Program-made: the position numbers and the translations under genes | Source of the DNA: a virus | Virus record (IMG/VR): IMGVR_UViG_3300032050_000024 | Span: 32,001 to 96,000 of that record | DNA length: 64,000 bases | Strand: one strand, 5' to 3' | Notes under the pieces: generated by a model | The model's database searches: none | The model's input: the letters and a program-made list of their open reading frames with translations, nothing else | Told to the model about the DNA's origin: nothing | Part shown: positions 18,370 through 29,293 of the stretch, piece after piece | Layout of the letters: the number at the start of each line of letters is the position of its first letter | Numbering within the stretch: the first letter of the stretch is position 1

Positions 18370-19146
18370 TTAAGCATTGAATAAATCATCAAATGCTGAT
18401 GCAATGTCTGTTTGTTTTGCTGGTGCTGATTTTGCTGCAGCTTTTGTAGGTGCAGGTGCTACTGCTTCTTCTTCCTCTTCTTCAACATCTGAATCTGCAT
18501 TTTCTGGATTCATCCATTCTGCTAATGCTTTTTCTAGTTCTTCATAAGTTGGCTCAGGAAACAAATCAGTAATTTCAGGTTGATTCATGATTTTTTGAGC
18601 AATCTCTTTGTCCTCAGTTGCAGCTTGAGTATTTGGTTTAACTCGGATTGCTGTCTTAGGATATGCTCCGCCTTCTGCTGGAGTAAATTCTACGTCAATA
18701 TCACGACCGTTAATTAAGTCTGTAATATCACCATAATCTGGATCTGAAATGATTGACAATAGTTCCGTATAAATTGTTTTACCAAATCCCCAAAACTTAA
18801 CTCCTTCAGATTCTTTTCCTCGGATAATTACGGGAACATAAGTACGCATTTTAGGTTCAATTTTACGACCCATTAGCCATTCATCTTTATCTCCGGTTTT
18901 CTTAAGTTTGTCTGCAAACTCAACAATTGGATCTGCATTACCGAATGTAATTGGAGATAACATTGATTTCTTTCCAATGTCATAATGAAAATACAATTCT
19001 AAGAATGGATTCTCTTTGCGATGTACGTACGGTACAATTCGGATACGTGTCTTACCTGCTTCAGGTTTCCACAAATTTTGTTTTTTGTCATCTTGCTTGT
19101 TAAGCTGATTGAGTTTCGCTTTGATAGCGTCTAAATTTAAAGCCAT
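18370..19146 (-). CDS. gp32: Single-stranded DNA-binding protein (gp32-like)
   Basis: LWKP...IRIVP, FWGFGKTIY, DYGDITD...GRD, acidic tail ending FDDLFNA. Confidence 0.85.
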   Translation of the reverse strand: MALNLDAIKAKLNQLNKQDDKKQNLWKPEAGKTRIRIVPYVHRKENPFLELYFHYDIGKKSMLSPITFGNADPIVEFADKLKKTGDKDEWLMGRKIEPKMRTYVPVIIRGKESEGVKFWGFGKTIYTELLSIISDPDYGDITDLINGRDIDVEFTPAEGGAYPKTAIRVKPNTQAATEDKEIAQKIMNQPEITDLFPEPTYEELEKALAEWMNPENADSDVEEEEEEAVAPAPTKAAAKSAPAKQTDIASAFDDLFNA

Positions 19147-19196
19147 TGTTTAAATCCTTTTTTTAAGTGGTTAATAAAATATAAAAATATAATTAC

Positions 19197-19225
19197 AATA
19201 TAAGTAATTAATGTGTTAAGTCCAA
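19197..19225 (-). promoter_or_regulatory. Sigma70-like promoter TTGGAC-N17-TATATT upstream of gp32
   Basis: Intergenic, recurrent motif. Confidence 0.6.
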
Positions 19226-19257
19226 GTTAATTAAGTAATTTTTTATATAAATAAATA

Positions 19258-19647
19258 TCAACGCCAAGCAATTTTCTTGAAGAAAACCAATGGAATAATG
19301 CGATATCCTGTTTCATCTGTAAGTATAAAAGAATTTTCATACATGGTCCAATCCAATTGGTATGTTTTATCTAATACGCCATTGTTTACCGCTCGAATTA
19401 TTTCATTCAAAGCATTTACAGTATACAAAGTATTGGTTTCTTTTTTGCGATGAATACTTATTGTGTTTTGACCTCGTTGAGTTCCGGCATCTGCATTGTA
19501 TGTACAATATAAATTTTCTGCAGCTTCTGCATTTGAAAATACAAATATTCGTTGTTCTGGTATTGTGTAACTGTGTTGTATGTAATCTACTACAATGTTT
19601 AAATCTGACTTATGTGCAAAGGTGCAAAGTAATTGCGTTCTTACCAT
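19258..19647 (-). CDS. Hypothetical phage protein
   Basis: Intact minus-strand ORF (QLLCTF...HRKKETNTLYTVNALN) tiling with neighbours. Confidence 0.75.
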   Translation of the reverse strand: MVRTQLLCTFAHKSDLNIVVDYIQHSYTIPEQRIFVFSNAEAAENLYCTYNADAGTQRGQNTISIHRKKETNTLYTVNALNEIIRAVNNGVLDKTYQLDWTMYENSFILTDETGYRIIPLVFFKKIAWR

Positions 19648-20885
19648 TCATTTTCCTCGTTTATTTCTACATCACTCAAATCAATTTTATCTGCACCAAT
19701 TGCTTTTTCAATTATTCTTATCTTTCCGGCATCTATTACAACATATCGGAAATCTCTTGTTACTCGTATTCTGTCTTTTCTAAAAACAATGAATTGTAAA
19801 TCGCCGGCTACGATAGAATCAACGGCTTCTTGTAAATCCGTATCTAATTCGTCTGGATTTCTAACATATTTTAAACGACGTAATTCTGCATTAATATATG
19901 TTATGTCCTGGCTTCCGTCTTCTATTGGTTTAATTACTAATGATCCATCTGGCGTTTTTGTTATTGGCTCAATTGATAATTCTACAGGAGTTGCATTTGG
20001 CCCTCGTAAAATAACATTGGTAAAGCCTTGTATGTCAGAATTCAATGCATTTGCTTCTCGATAAAATTGCATTAAATATCCTTTATCTTTCATGTTCAAG
20101 TTACCTGCTAAAATAAATGAACGTCGTTCGTCTAAGTATGCAATTGCACTAAGTAATTGTTCATTAAAATATTTGTGAAAATCAAATTTAGGATTTTCTA
20201 CAGTTCCTCGTAGTTGGTCAATTCGTTTCAAAGTGGTTACAATTTCATCCCAAAATTTGAATCGGGTAACACTACCTTTAGTTCCTAATCTAATTGATTT
20301 TGCATTGCCTTTTCCGCCGGTATAATCTTTAATTTCATATGGTTGGCCGTTTGCAGTCATATCAAATGAAGAACCCCCTCCATTTATTTGTGCTCCATCA
20401 ATCAATGTTGCTAAAAAGATTTCGCCTTTTCCTAAACCTTTTGGTTCAATTCTAAATAAATCATAAGCTAATCCGCTACGGAAATTTACTTGATTTAGTG
20501 CTTCTTCTGATACGCCTGTTTGTGAATACAACATACTAGCAAACTGATTGCATTGTTCTTGTTGTAGATTGTTTAAAAATTGTAATGTAACAGCATCTGC
20601 TTCTGTTGGAAGCAAACTTAAAAACTTGCGAAATTGTTCTGATTTACCAGCTGTTGTTATAGCATCTACTAGTAATTGATTTTCTATAGAATCAAATTGA
20701 ATTGCTTCTGCAATAATTTGTTTTGCACTACCTTTGGCTCTTTCTACAATTTGTCGAGCTTCATCTGTTGAAATGTTTGCTACTTCTAAAAGAACATGAT
20801 AAAGTACTTCATAGTCTTTTGCGGTTGAAGGATAACCTTTTGGTAGTCTGTAACACCACTCCGTTAAAATTAAATCTATGTTCAT
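19641..20885 (-). CDS. Hypothetical protein, possible PD-(D/E)xK nuclease fold
   Basis: GKGE...FDM...YEIK resembles the E...D...ExK catalytic arrangement. Confidence 0.5.
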   Translation of the reverse strand: MNIDLILTEWCYRLPKGYPSTAKDYEVLYHVLLEVANISTDEARQIVERAKGSAKQIIAEAIQFDSIENQLLVDAITTAGKSEQFRKFLSLLPTEADAVTLQFLNNLQQEQCNQFASMLYSQTGVSEEALNQVNFRSGLAYDLFRIEPKGLGKGEIFLATLIDGAQINGGGSSFDMTANGQPYEIKDYTGGKGNAKSIRLGTKGSVTRFKFWDEIVTTLKRIDQLRGTVENPKFDFHKYFNEQLLSAIAYLDERRSFILAGNLNMKDKGYLMQFYREANALNSDIQGFTNVILRGPNATPVELSIEPITKTPDGSLVIKPIEDGSQDITYINAELRRLKYVRNPDELDTDLQEAVDSIVAGDLQFIVFRKDRIRVTRDFRYVVIDAGKIRIIEKAIGADKIDLSDVEINEENEW

Positions 20886-22204
20886 ATTGTGATAGTTTTC
20901 ATTTTATCATAAATATTGCCAACTTTACATTTAATCGGGAAATTTCCTTGTTCTAACATGTTCTTAATTTGTGGCAATATGTTTTTTGCTTCTGAAAATT
21001 CAACATCAAAAAGTACTGAATCATATGTATAAAGTATCATACTGCTTTGATGTGATTTTAATATGCCTTGTACTTGTTGCAATTTCTGTACGGATACTTC
21101 CGTTTCTGTTGCTTGTAAATAGTAATTAAACAACTTATTTGCAGTCATATTCTTCAATGCATCTGCAGTTAGGCGCCGTTTAAGCACAGGCGTTTCTACA
21201 TAATGCTTTGATTTCCATTTAGCCCATAACTCATATATAAATGCGTTTACTTGCCGGAAAAATGGTATTGATAAAAACTCTGAATCAATGCCACCATAAA
21301 GTAATCGAAATGTAATCTGTTTGCTTTCTGCACGTTGTTCTTCAGTTAATTCCGTTACATCAAAATAAAATTGTCCTAAGTAATCATGTATTGATGCTGT
21401 TGGAAATTCATAACCAATAAGTTTTGCAATCAATCTAACATGATAAGAATCAAAGTCCATTTCTACAAGTGCACCATTTTCAAATCGGCTACAAAATGCA
21501 GATCTTGTTCCATCTTCTTTATTCATTGCAGCAAAATTGAATCCTCGATATGCATTACTTGGTCGACCTGTTACGGTATGATAATTGTATTGTGAATAAA
21601 CTCGACTTTCTTTTACAATTTCTGGCATACGAAATGTTTCCGTAACTTGTAATCCTGCAGATTCAATATTGGCAAATACACGCGGATATGTTGCATTAAA
21701 TTTAACGTATGAATCAGACATTTCTGCATTTGCACACATTGGCCAAGCATAGTGCCGAATCTTTTGACACATTTCAAAATGTTTTTGTAACGGTACTATT
21801 GCATTAACATGGGGCATTGCATTGTGCCTGCGCCAATAAAATTGATGGGCGGCAGTTGGATAATGTCCTTCTTCATATGCCTCGCCATATGTATACCACC
21901 ACAATGTTTTTACATCCCATACAGCATCATTACCTCCGATTTGAAGCCACTGCTTCTTATCATGAACAAAGATATTCTCTAATTGCAAAAATGCAGTTAC
22001 ATGTTGTGAAAAGCCCCTTAGTTGTTCAGTATGCCGTAACGGAATAATGCATTCATCATTTGCAGCAGTATATATGTATATTGCAACTAATGGATTTTGT
22101 GAAACATGTATTACGGGACTAGAAAATATAGGAACAAGCAAAGTTTTATTAGAAACACATTGATCTAATATGTTTAGTACATCTTGTTCATGATCTAGTA
22201 TCAT
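20882..22204 (-). CDS. Compact family A DNA polymerase-like protein (start taken as MILDHEQ)
   Basis: TVTGRPS, motif A MDFDSYHVR, motif B KQITFRLLYG, NYYLQ, motif C YTYDS; promoter-like TTGGAT-N17-TATTAT at 22211-22239. Confidence 0.8.
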   Translation of the reverse strand: MILDHEQDVLNILDQCVSNKTLLVPIFSSPVIHVSQNPLVAIYIYTAANDECIIPLRHTEQLRGFSQHVTAFLQLENIFVHDKKQWLQIGGNDAVWDVKTLWWYTYGEAYEEGHYPTAAHQFYWRRHNAMPHVNAIVPLQKHFEMCQKIRHYAWPMCANAEMSDSYVKFNATYPRVFANIESAGLQVTETFRMPEIVKESRVYSQYNYHTVTGRPSNAYRGFNFAAMNKEDGTRSAFCSRFENGALVEMDFDSYHVRLIAKLIGYEFPTASIHDYLGQFYFDVTELTEEQRAESKQITFRLLYGGIDSEFLSIPFFRQVNAFIYELWAKWKSKHYVETPVLKRRLTADALKNMTANKLFNYYLQATETEVSVQKLQQVQGILKSHQSSMILYTYDSVLFDVEFSEAKNILPQIKNMLEQGNFPIKCKVGNIYDKMKTITI

Positions 22205-22231
22205 ACTAGTATAATATGAAAAAAATTGCAA

Positions 22232-22852
22232 TTATCCAATATTGATATCACGCGGGACTACAAAATCAGTGTCTGTATAAAGTTCTAATAAATTATTTAA
22301 TTTTTTACTAAGCCCTGGTAAAAATTTTTCAGCAGTTGTCAATGAATTTCTATTTTTACTAATAACACCTAATTGTTTTATATTATCATTAATAATATCA
22401 TTTATTGGACCTGAAATATACCATGTTAATTGTATAGAATTATATAAATTTTGATCTATCTTATTTGTTAAAAACAATTCATATTGTTTTGAATCAATTT
22501 CTATAATGTTGTTAGATTCATTCTTTTTTTGTAAAAAATATCTTTGTATTTGTTCTTGAGTTGTAATCAAGTTTTCTGGTTGGTATTGTACGGGCGTTAT
22601 AGAAACGACATTAATATTCTTAAGATTTTTATACTTGGTTTTTAATAAATCTTCAGTTTCATATTTAACTAACTGTTTTGATTTATTAGAATCCCATACA
22701 CCTTCTGTGTATACTTCACCCGTTGTATATTTATGATATAAACCTTTATATTCAACAGAATCCGTTGTCATCCATTCTTTACCATATGTATATAAATTAT
22801 TGGTAATTTCTTGTGGCAAATAAAATAGTTTGATTCTCATAACATTATCCAT
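22232..22852 (-). CDS. Hypothetical protein (baseplate region)
   Basis: Intact ORF coupled to the upstream gene (TAATG). Confidence 0.7.
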   Translation of the reverse strand: MDNVMRIKLFYLPQEITNNLYTYGKEWMTTDSVEYKGLYHKYTTGEVYTEGVWDSNKSKQLVKYETEDLLKTKYKNLKNINVVSITPVQYQPENLITTQEQIQRYFLQKKNESNNIIEIDSKQYELFLTNKIDQNLYNSIQLTWYISGPINDIINDNIKQLGVISKNRNSLTTAEKFLPGLSKKLNNLLELYTDTDFVVPRDINIG

Positions 22853-25242
22853 TATTCAATTCTAGGTCGCATTATGCAACGTATTTCTGTAGTCCAAGTA
22901 CTGTCTTGAGAAATTTGATGATTTATTGATATGACGCTAAATACCGTATTTACTTTGTATTTATATGGCAAAACATCAAATGTCACTACATCCCCATATC
23001 GAAATCCTTGTATTCCTTCGAGTGTAAATGATATTTCAAATGGAATAATCGGAGCAATTTGTTGAATTGCCTCTTTTGGTTTAGGAGATGGAAATTGTAA
23101 ATAAAGTTTTTGTGCTTTATCTAAAGACTCTTGTAAAGTTTTATCTGTAAATGAGAAACTAAATTTTCTTTTTGTTTCATTTAATGAGTTTAAATTTTCA
23201 TAAAATTTTTCAGCAGCTTGTTGTTCCGCTAATTTAACATTCTCCGGATCATTACTATTATACATGTAATTTATATATGGTGCAATATCTTCAGATGATA
23301 TATTTTCCGGATTTTGATTTAATACATATGATAATGATGAAACATTATCTGGTAGTTGAGCTTTTAATTGAAAATCTGAAACAACGCTAAATCCAGCTGT
23401 CATTGGTACTGTATACGGTTGTACTGATTTTTTATCGTCAATTGTTCCGAGATATTTTTCATCATACCATGCTAATACGTTTTGATCTTCAGGATGTGTA
23501 ATAAGTTTTAAAATTATTGCATCAGATGTTGCACGTGCAACTTGTTTGCTTACTGCACTTAAAAAATCAGAAACTTTAAAATTTTTACCCAATGAAACTA
23601 AAATGTCATCTATTAATTCTAAGTTAATCATTATTCTAGACGGATATGATCGATTCGTTTTTCCTTCTAAATTACCAGTAAAACCTTTCCAATCTCCATC
23701 AGCTGATAACGTATTTTTAAAAAATGTTTTTGAATCTCTAAGAGCATATGCAGATGGATTATTTTCATTACTTTGTAGTTTATAGTAATTTTCAGTTGTT
23801 CCTCGATTATTATCTGCAGGTAATAATAAAATATTTTCTGGGTCAATTGAACATAATTCTGAATAATAATTACTAAAACAAAATGTGTCAGAAAATATAA
23901 TTTGTGGATATTTTGATGCTACAAATTTTTCTTTTTTTTGCGAAACGTTTTTTAATAAACCTGCTGTTGTTAATTGTTGTGATATATTTATATTTTGTAA
24001 TGTTACAGCATTTTCTTCTTGTATTTGTTTTGCTATAACTGTACGATTAATAAAATCAACTAAATATCCTAAAGTAATATATCGTTGAAATGCAGAAACT
24101 GTATTACTTGAAGTTTTATTTTCTTCTGTTTCTTGTGCCCAAGCATTTCCAAATAAAAAATAATGATCACTATGTTTCGTATTTGCAGGTTTATCTAATC
24201 GATTTAATTGATATTTTACTTCAATAGGTGCAGTTCCATTTTCTTTATTAGTTATTTTTGTGATAAAACATTGTTGATTTTTTCTAGTAAAAGAATTTAT
24301 ATAATGTTTTTCAACTTCTTCATATAATTGTAGAAAAAATGAAGTACGCCCCCCAGTAGCATTAGTTGATTGTGCTATCGATGCTTTATATTCTTCCGGA
24401 TTAGCATTTGGTTCTAGAGTAACTTTTGATGGAGTATTACCTTGAGTATCAATAAACATGGAAACATCCGTAAATACGTTGCTAGTACCTCGCAATGTAA
24501 TAGTTAACTGTACACTGAAATCTTTTTGGTATGAAAAACTAAAATTTGTTATTAATCCTTCAAATGAAATTTTATTCATACTTCGAATTTCATTTTTTTT
24601 ACTGTTTAAATCAATGCCAGGATACAAACTTTTTAATTTTTCATCTGACGGAATAACATCTGTAGTTAGTTGTCCATTTGTTATAGATTTACTTGCAATC
24701 GAAGAATCATCATGTATAACTGATAATTTTACATAGCGGCCCGGGCGCATATATATTTCTTCCATTAAATCTAAATCTCGTTCAGAATTTGGAATTTCAA
24801 TTACAACAGTTGCAGTATTCAATAAACCCATTGAATTATCACCAATTTGAATATCTGCACTAGAAATATATGGCGGAATTCTTAATTGTGGATTTTTTGC
24901 ATTAACTTCATTTCTTCTAGGATGAACTTTTTTTGTTGTAGGATTATAGTCCCATAACAAACTTACATCATCTGGATTTGGACGTACTTTGGTTTTATCT
25001 TCATTTAAAAAACCAGTTAAACCAGCAGCTGTATATTCTTTTCCTAAGTTTTCGTTTAAAACATGTATAGCATTATTTTCATCAATTATAGGTCCAGGTC
25101 CATCAAAAGCTCGTAATTCTACATTTACATATTGTGATAACATGTAATTTAAAGAATCAGTATTTCTTTGAAATGAAGCACTAGCACGTGCGTTTAATTC
25201 AATTTGTAAATTTTTATCAACTTGTGTGTAAAATATATTCAT
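22852..25242 (-). CDS. Putative baseplate hub/structural protein
   Basis: 796 aa after LysM and tube-initiator genes; C-terminal ISFTLEGIQGFRYGD...INHQIS..TWTTEI resembles gp27/VgrG-type hub ends. Confidence 0.55.
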   Translation of the reverse strand: MNIFYTQVDKNLQIELNARASASFQRNTDSLNYMLSQYVNVELRAFDGPGPIIDENNAIHVLNENLGKEYTAAGLTGFLNEDKTKVRPNPDDVSLLWDYNPTTKKVHPRRNEVNAKNPQLRIPPYISSADIQIGDNSMGLLNTATVVIEIPNSERDLDLMEEIYMRPGRYVKLSVIHDDSSIASKSITNGQLTTDVIPSDEKLKSLYPGIDLNSKKNEIRSMNKISFEGLITNFSFSYQKDFSVQLTITLRGTSNVFTDVSMFIDTQGNTPSKVTLEPNANPEEYKASIAQSTNATGGRTSFFLQLYEEVEKHYINSFTRKNQQCFITKITNKENGTAPIEVKYQLNRLDKPANTKHSDHYFLFGNAWAQETEENKTSSNTVSAFQRYITLGYLVDFINRTVIAKQIQEENAVTLQNINISQQLTTAGLLKNVSQKKEKFVASKYPQIIFSDTFCFSNYYSELCSIDPENILLLPADNNRGTTENYYKLQSNENNPSAYALRDSKTFFKNTLSADGDWKGFTGNLEGKTNRSYPSRIMINLELIDDILVSLGKNFKVSDFLSAVSKQVARATSDAIILKLITHPEDQNVLAWYDEKYLGTIDDKKSVQPYTVPMTAGFSVVSDFQLKAQLPDNVSSLSYVLNQNPENISSEDIAPYINYMYNSNDPENVKLAEQQAAEKFYENLNSLNETKRKFSFSFTDKTLQESLDKAQKLYLQFPSPKPKEAIQQIAPIIPFEISFTLEGIQGFRYGDVVTFDVLPYKYKVNTVFSVISINHQISQDSTWTTEIRCIMRPRIE

Positions 25243-25529
25243 CTTGTTTTATTTAATTGTTCAATAAAATCAAATACTCTATCTCGTTGTGGTATTCGTA
25301 TTATAGTATTCGATGAAACTACATATGATCCTTTAATTTGATTCAATGTTGCAATAACCCACCATAGATCTGGAGTTCCGTAGAATTCTTGAGATAATTT
25401 ATCTAAACGGTCAGCTGATGTTATTTGTATAACAGTATCCGTTGTTGAAGGAGTTAATGCTAATATTTCTGTTTTATAGCGACGAATTCCTTGTTCGTTT
25501 TTTATTTCAATTTTTTGGTTTCTACTCAT
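25239..25529 (-). CDS. LysM-like baseplate wedge protein (gp53/P2 X-like)
   Basis: DRLDKLSQEFYGTPDLWWVIATLN...IRIP. Confidence 0.85.
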   Translation of the reverse strand: MSRNQKIEIKNEQGIRRYKTEILALTPSTTDTVIQITSADRLDKLSQEFYGTPDLWWVIATLNQIKGSYVVSSNTIIRIPQRDRVFDFIEQLNKTR

Positions 25530-25538
25530 ACTATTATT

Positions 25539-27344
25539 TTATTTTTCTACTTCCCGATTAGATATATCTTCAGCAATAAATACTCCTTGAGCTCGAGCAG
25601 CTCGTTTACTTGTTTTAGAATCATGCAACCAATTTACTGCAGAATCTTCTGAATTAGGAATTCCATCTTTATTAAACTTTTTAGTTAATGAATATGCACT
25701 TCCATCTTTTTCTGGTAATTGATTTCCAACTAAATGCAATCCTAAACTAATATCTACTTTATGTGGAACTTGCATCATTTCCGGATCATCTTCAAAGTTA
25801 ATTTCCCAAGTTGTATCTGCATCAACAAATGTATATGATAAACTATTAATAACAACTGCTTGAGATACAAGTAAATCACCAACTGTTATACGAAGCCATG
25901 GTGCTACAACTGATTTTGATGATTGTTTATATTCTGGCATTGTCATTCCAGCTAAATAATTTAATTTACGATATATAAATTTTAATTCATCTCTATCTGA
26001 CGCATATACTGAAAATCCTAGATCTATGTCTCGACTAAAACCACCATATTGATAATTTGGATCTGCTCTACCAACCATGTTAAGTTGAGTCCAACTTGGT
26101 GAAAATTGATCAGAAAAACTAGTTAATAATGCTCTAAAAACCAATACCCAATCTGTTGCATTAGGATCTCCGCCGGCATATAATTTAGGACCTGTAAAAA
26201 AGAAATTAATTAAATCTTTCGTTGTTCCTAACGGACTTAAACCTATAGCATCAAATGCATTAGCAGTCCAGTTACGCAAAGATTTTAATTTTTCTGATTT
26301 AAAATCGATATCGGTTTCTTGCCATTGATACACATTATTCCATGTACGTTTTTTATAATCAACTACATTTACTCTATCTCCACGGAATGGTATTACTGAT
26401 TCTACATATGTTAATGCTTTTCTATATGTATTTTTTGTAGATGCAGCAGAATTACCAATACTAGATCGCAATGTATAATCATTTCGTATTGCATATGGAT
26501 CATCTTGTTGACCAAATCCGTATAAAGTATCTAAATTAAATACCGTATATGGACCGGTAGTAGTATTTGTTGCGGCTATAGCTATAGCTCGTCCCGATCC
26601 TCGTAATCCAGCAGATGCTCCATCATATCGCCTATCAATTAAATTTACTACATCTATTTTTGCATTAGGCGTATTAGGAGGATTAATTCCAAAACCCGCA
26701 GTTTGTCCGTATACAGAACCAATTGCAATTGATTCTAATCCTTGCCCTATAAATCTAAATATTGTAGTTTTTCTAGCTCGAAAATCTAAATATGGCAACG
26801 GAGTACCTAAATATTTATTGTTTCTTTGACTTAAAGGCGTAGTTGAATAATCACCTAAATTATCTATAGTATCGTAAACTTGATTAACATATGAAATACT
26901 TGATGGAAAACCTAAAAATGTTAAACTGCTTCTGATTGCTTGATTTGCTATTCCACCGGTGGTTTTTAACGCTGTTTTATTAGTATATAAAGTTCCAGCT
27001 TGTGTTGATATTGCAGCCTCGCCATATGTTTCAGCTCCGGCAGGTGTATAATATACAGCTTCTATTTTTTCAGAATCCCATTGTTGTTTCCATGACGCAT
27101 CATAAACACCTGTAAATATTGGACCTAAAACGGATTGATATGATGTAGAACGATTCAATGTTCTAGGGTTAGCAACAGTTGGATTTTGATTTATTTCAGG
27201 AATATTCCATTCTGCACTAGTTAATGGAAATGTTAAATAATCACCATATTCTCGAGTTTGTTGAAATTGATTTGGAAGGCCTTTACTGCGATCAGGTGCA
27301 AGACTTGCTCGTAAACTGTCTTCAAAATTAAATCTAATAGCCAT
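25539..27344 (-). CDS. Putative tail-tube initiator / baseplate protein
   Basis: C-terminal FRALLTSFSD..W..VGRADPNYQYGGFSRDI tube-like domain; lies between tape measure and LysM genes. Confidence 0.6.
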   Translation of the reverse strand: MAIRFNFEDSLRASLAPDRSKGLPNQFQQTREYGDYLTFPLTSAEWNIPEINQNPTVANPRTLNRSTSYQSVLGPIFTGVYDASWKQQWDSEKIEAVYYTPAGAETYGEAAISTQAGTLYTNKTALKTTGGIANQAIRSSLTFLGFPSSISYVNQVYDTIDNLGDYSTTPLSQRNNKYLGTPLPYLDFRARKTTIFRFIGQGLESIAIGSVYGQTAGFGINPPNTPNAKIDVVNLIDRRYDGASAGLRGSGRAIAIAATNTTTGPYTVFNLDTLYGFGQQDDPYAIRNDYTLRSSIGNSAASTKNTYRKALTYVESVIPFRGDRVNVVDYKKRTWNNVYQWQETDIDFKSEKLKSLRNWTANAFDAIGLSPLGTTKDLINFFFTGPKLYAGGDPNATDWVLVFRALLTSFSDQFSPSWTQLNMVGRADPNYQYGGFSRDIDLGFSVYASDRDELKFIYRKLNYLAGMTMPEYKQSSKSVVAPWLRITVGDLLVSQAVVINSLSYTFVDADTTWEINFEDDPEMMQVPHKVDISLGLHLVGNQLPEKDGSAYSLTKKFNKDGIPNSEDSAVNWLHDSKTSKRAARAQGVFIAEDISNREVEK

Positions 27345-27346
27345 GA

Positions 27347-29275
27347 TTATCCTCCATATCTAGGTGTTGGGTTAAGTGATGTTGAACCGAAGGTATTATC
27401 TGTTTTAACTATTAAATTAGCAGATTCTACAGCTGTTTTTATTTGAGCGACAAACGTTGTAAATAGCGAATGCATTGATTGTTGAAAATTTCTATCTCGT
27501 TTTTCCATTTGAGCTGCATATCGATCTAAACCACCTACGTTAGTTCCTGCTAATGTCATTCCATCATTGATTCTTCGAAATTTATCTCTAGGATTAAATG
27601 ATACCATCCCATCATTAACCATAACAGCATCATTTGCAGGTACTGCAGTATTAAATGATGCATTTTCTACTGTCATTGTTTGAACTTCTTGACCGTTTAT
27701 AATCAAATTTGCAGTTCCGGTGTTACCTAACAGCTGATCTACTGTTGTTGTTATGACTGCGGTAAGTCCACCAACTCCATTTAATAAATCCGTAAACGCT
27801 GTTTTAAATTCATTATCAGCAGCTCTCGTTTTACGTTGAATTTGTGTTTCTCCTAAAGTCGTTAAAGAGTTTGTAAATGTTAAAAATTCTGCATTTGAAA
27901 CTAGTCCAAATTCTTTAATTGCATCATTCATAGCTGTTTGAGCGTCTTTAATCATCTTAACTGCTTCATCTTCGGTTCCGGCGCGTAATTTAATTCCTTT
28001 TGCTTCTATAGAACCTAAATATTCTGCAGTTCTAGTTGCAGGATCACGTAAATCTCTATTTTCATTTTCCATGATCTTAGCAATATCTTGAGTATCTACT
28101 TTTGCATCTTTTAATGCTTGTTCTAGTTTTTCTCCAGATAAATTAAGATCAATGTTGATATTTTTATCTTTTTGTATTTGACTTAATAATTTTCGTTTTT
28201 CTATCAATTGATCTAATTTTCCAGCCTCAACTCCTAATGTTTTTTGTAATTGATCTCGAGCTAATTTGTTATTTTCTAATATATCACCTTCTTGCATGAT
28301 GATTTGATTTAATGTTTCAGCTGCATCATTTGCCTGTCCTCGTAAATATTGTTCTCGATATAAATTTGTTAAACTTTTACCTTTCATTTTTGCACTAGAC
28401 TGTTCATTTCCTACCAATCTACGTCCAGTTAAAAGTTGATAATTTAATTCTTCACCAACACTAGATTCTATATTTAATAACGTTTCGCCAACTGCTTCTA
28501 AATCTGCTAATTCTAAACCCATTTGTTTTAATTTTATAACAGCTAAACCTAATTGACCTGGATATTTTTTAAATGTTAAACGAGTTCCTGCAGCTGCCTC
28601 TCCTATTCCTTTTTGTACTTCATATGCAGCTCCAGATATTTGTGTTTGTTCTTCTATTTTTTGAGCAATATAATCAAACATTACAGCTTGTTTTTCAACT
28701 TCTGCAGTAGTCCCTTTTTTTGTCATGGATGCATTAAATGCCATTAAGCCTTGAGTTGCTTCTTCACTTAAGCGTCTAGTAGTACCATAGTATTGAGCTA
28801 CTTGTTGTAAAGATTCATCTAATGAATTAACGCCATATGCTAAACCTTTTATAGCTTTACTATTTTTTTCAATTTGTTCTCGGCTAGTTTTCATGGATAT
28901 GGCTAAATCATCCATTTTATAACCCATTTTGCCGGCTTGTTCTATAGTTAATCCAAATTCTTTTTGTAAATTTTTATTTCTCTGAGCTAAAACATTGACA
29001 TCTTCTGACAAATCTTGCATTTCTTTTGCCATTTTTTGCCATTCACCCATGGCTCCGGCAATAGCCATAGTCGTTTTGGCAGTTGTTTTAGCTAATGTTG
29101 TTAAATTAGCATCAAACTCTGCATATGCTATGGCAGCTTTCTTTATGTCCGAGCTCGCTGCGGCTATGGAGTTTTTGGCATTTTCTTGTCGGCGTTGCCT
29201 TTCTTCTTCATCAAATTGACCAATTCTTGGATATTTCTTTAAAAGACTGATGATATGTTTTGAAATGGGATTCAT
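27347..29275 (-). CDS. Tape measure protein (putative)
   Basis: Long helical Ala/Gln/Lys-rich protein directly after the tail chaperone. Confidence 0.7.
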   Translation of the reverse strand: MNPISKHIISLLKKYPRIGQFDEEERQRRQENAKNSIAAASSDIKKAAIAYAEFDANLTTLAKTTAKTTMAIAGAMGEWQKMAKEMQDLSEDVNVLAQRNKNLQKEFGLTIEQAGKMGYKMDDLAISMKTSREQIEKNSKAIKGLAYGVNSLDESLQQVAQYYGTTRRLSEEATQGLMAFNASMTKKGTTAEVEKQAVMFDYIAQKIEEQTQISGAAYEVQKGIGEAAAGTRLTFKKYPGQLGLAVIKLKQMGLELADLEAVGETLLNIESSVGEELNYQLLTGRRLVGNEQSSAKMKGKSLTNLYREQYLRGQANDAAETLNQIIMQEGDILENNKLARDQLQKTLGVEAGKLDQLIEKRKLLSQIQKDKNINIDLNLSGEKLEQALKDAKVDTQDIAKIMENENRDLRDPATRTAEYLGSIEAKGIKLRAGTEDEAVKMIKDAQTAMNDAIKEFGLVSNAEFLTFTNSLTTLGETQIQRKTRAADNEFKTAFTDLLNGVGGLTAVITTTVDQLLGNTGTANLIINGQEVQTMTVENASFNTAVPANDAVMVNDGMVSFNPRDKFRRINDGMTLAGTNVGGLDRYAAQMEKRDRNFQQSMHSLFTTFVAQIKTAVESANLIVKTDNTFGSTSLNPTPRYGG

Positions 29276-29293
29276 ACTTATAAATATTATGAT

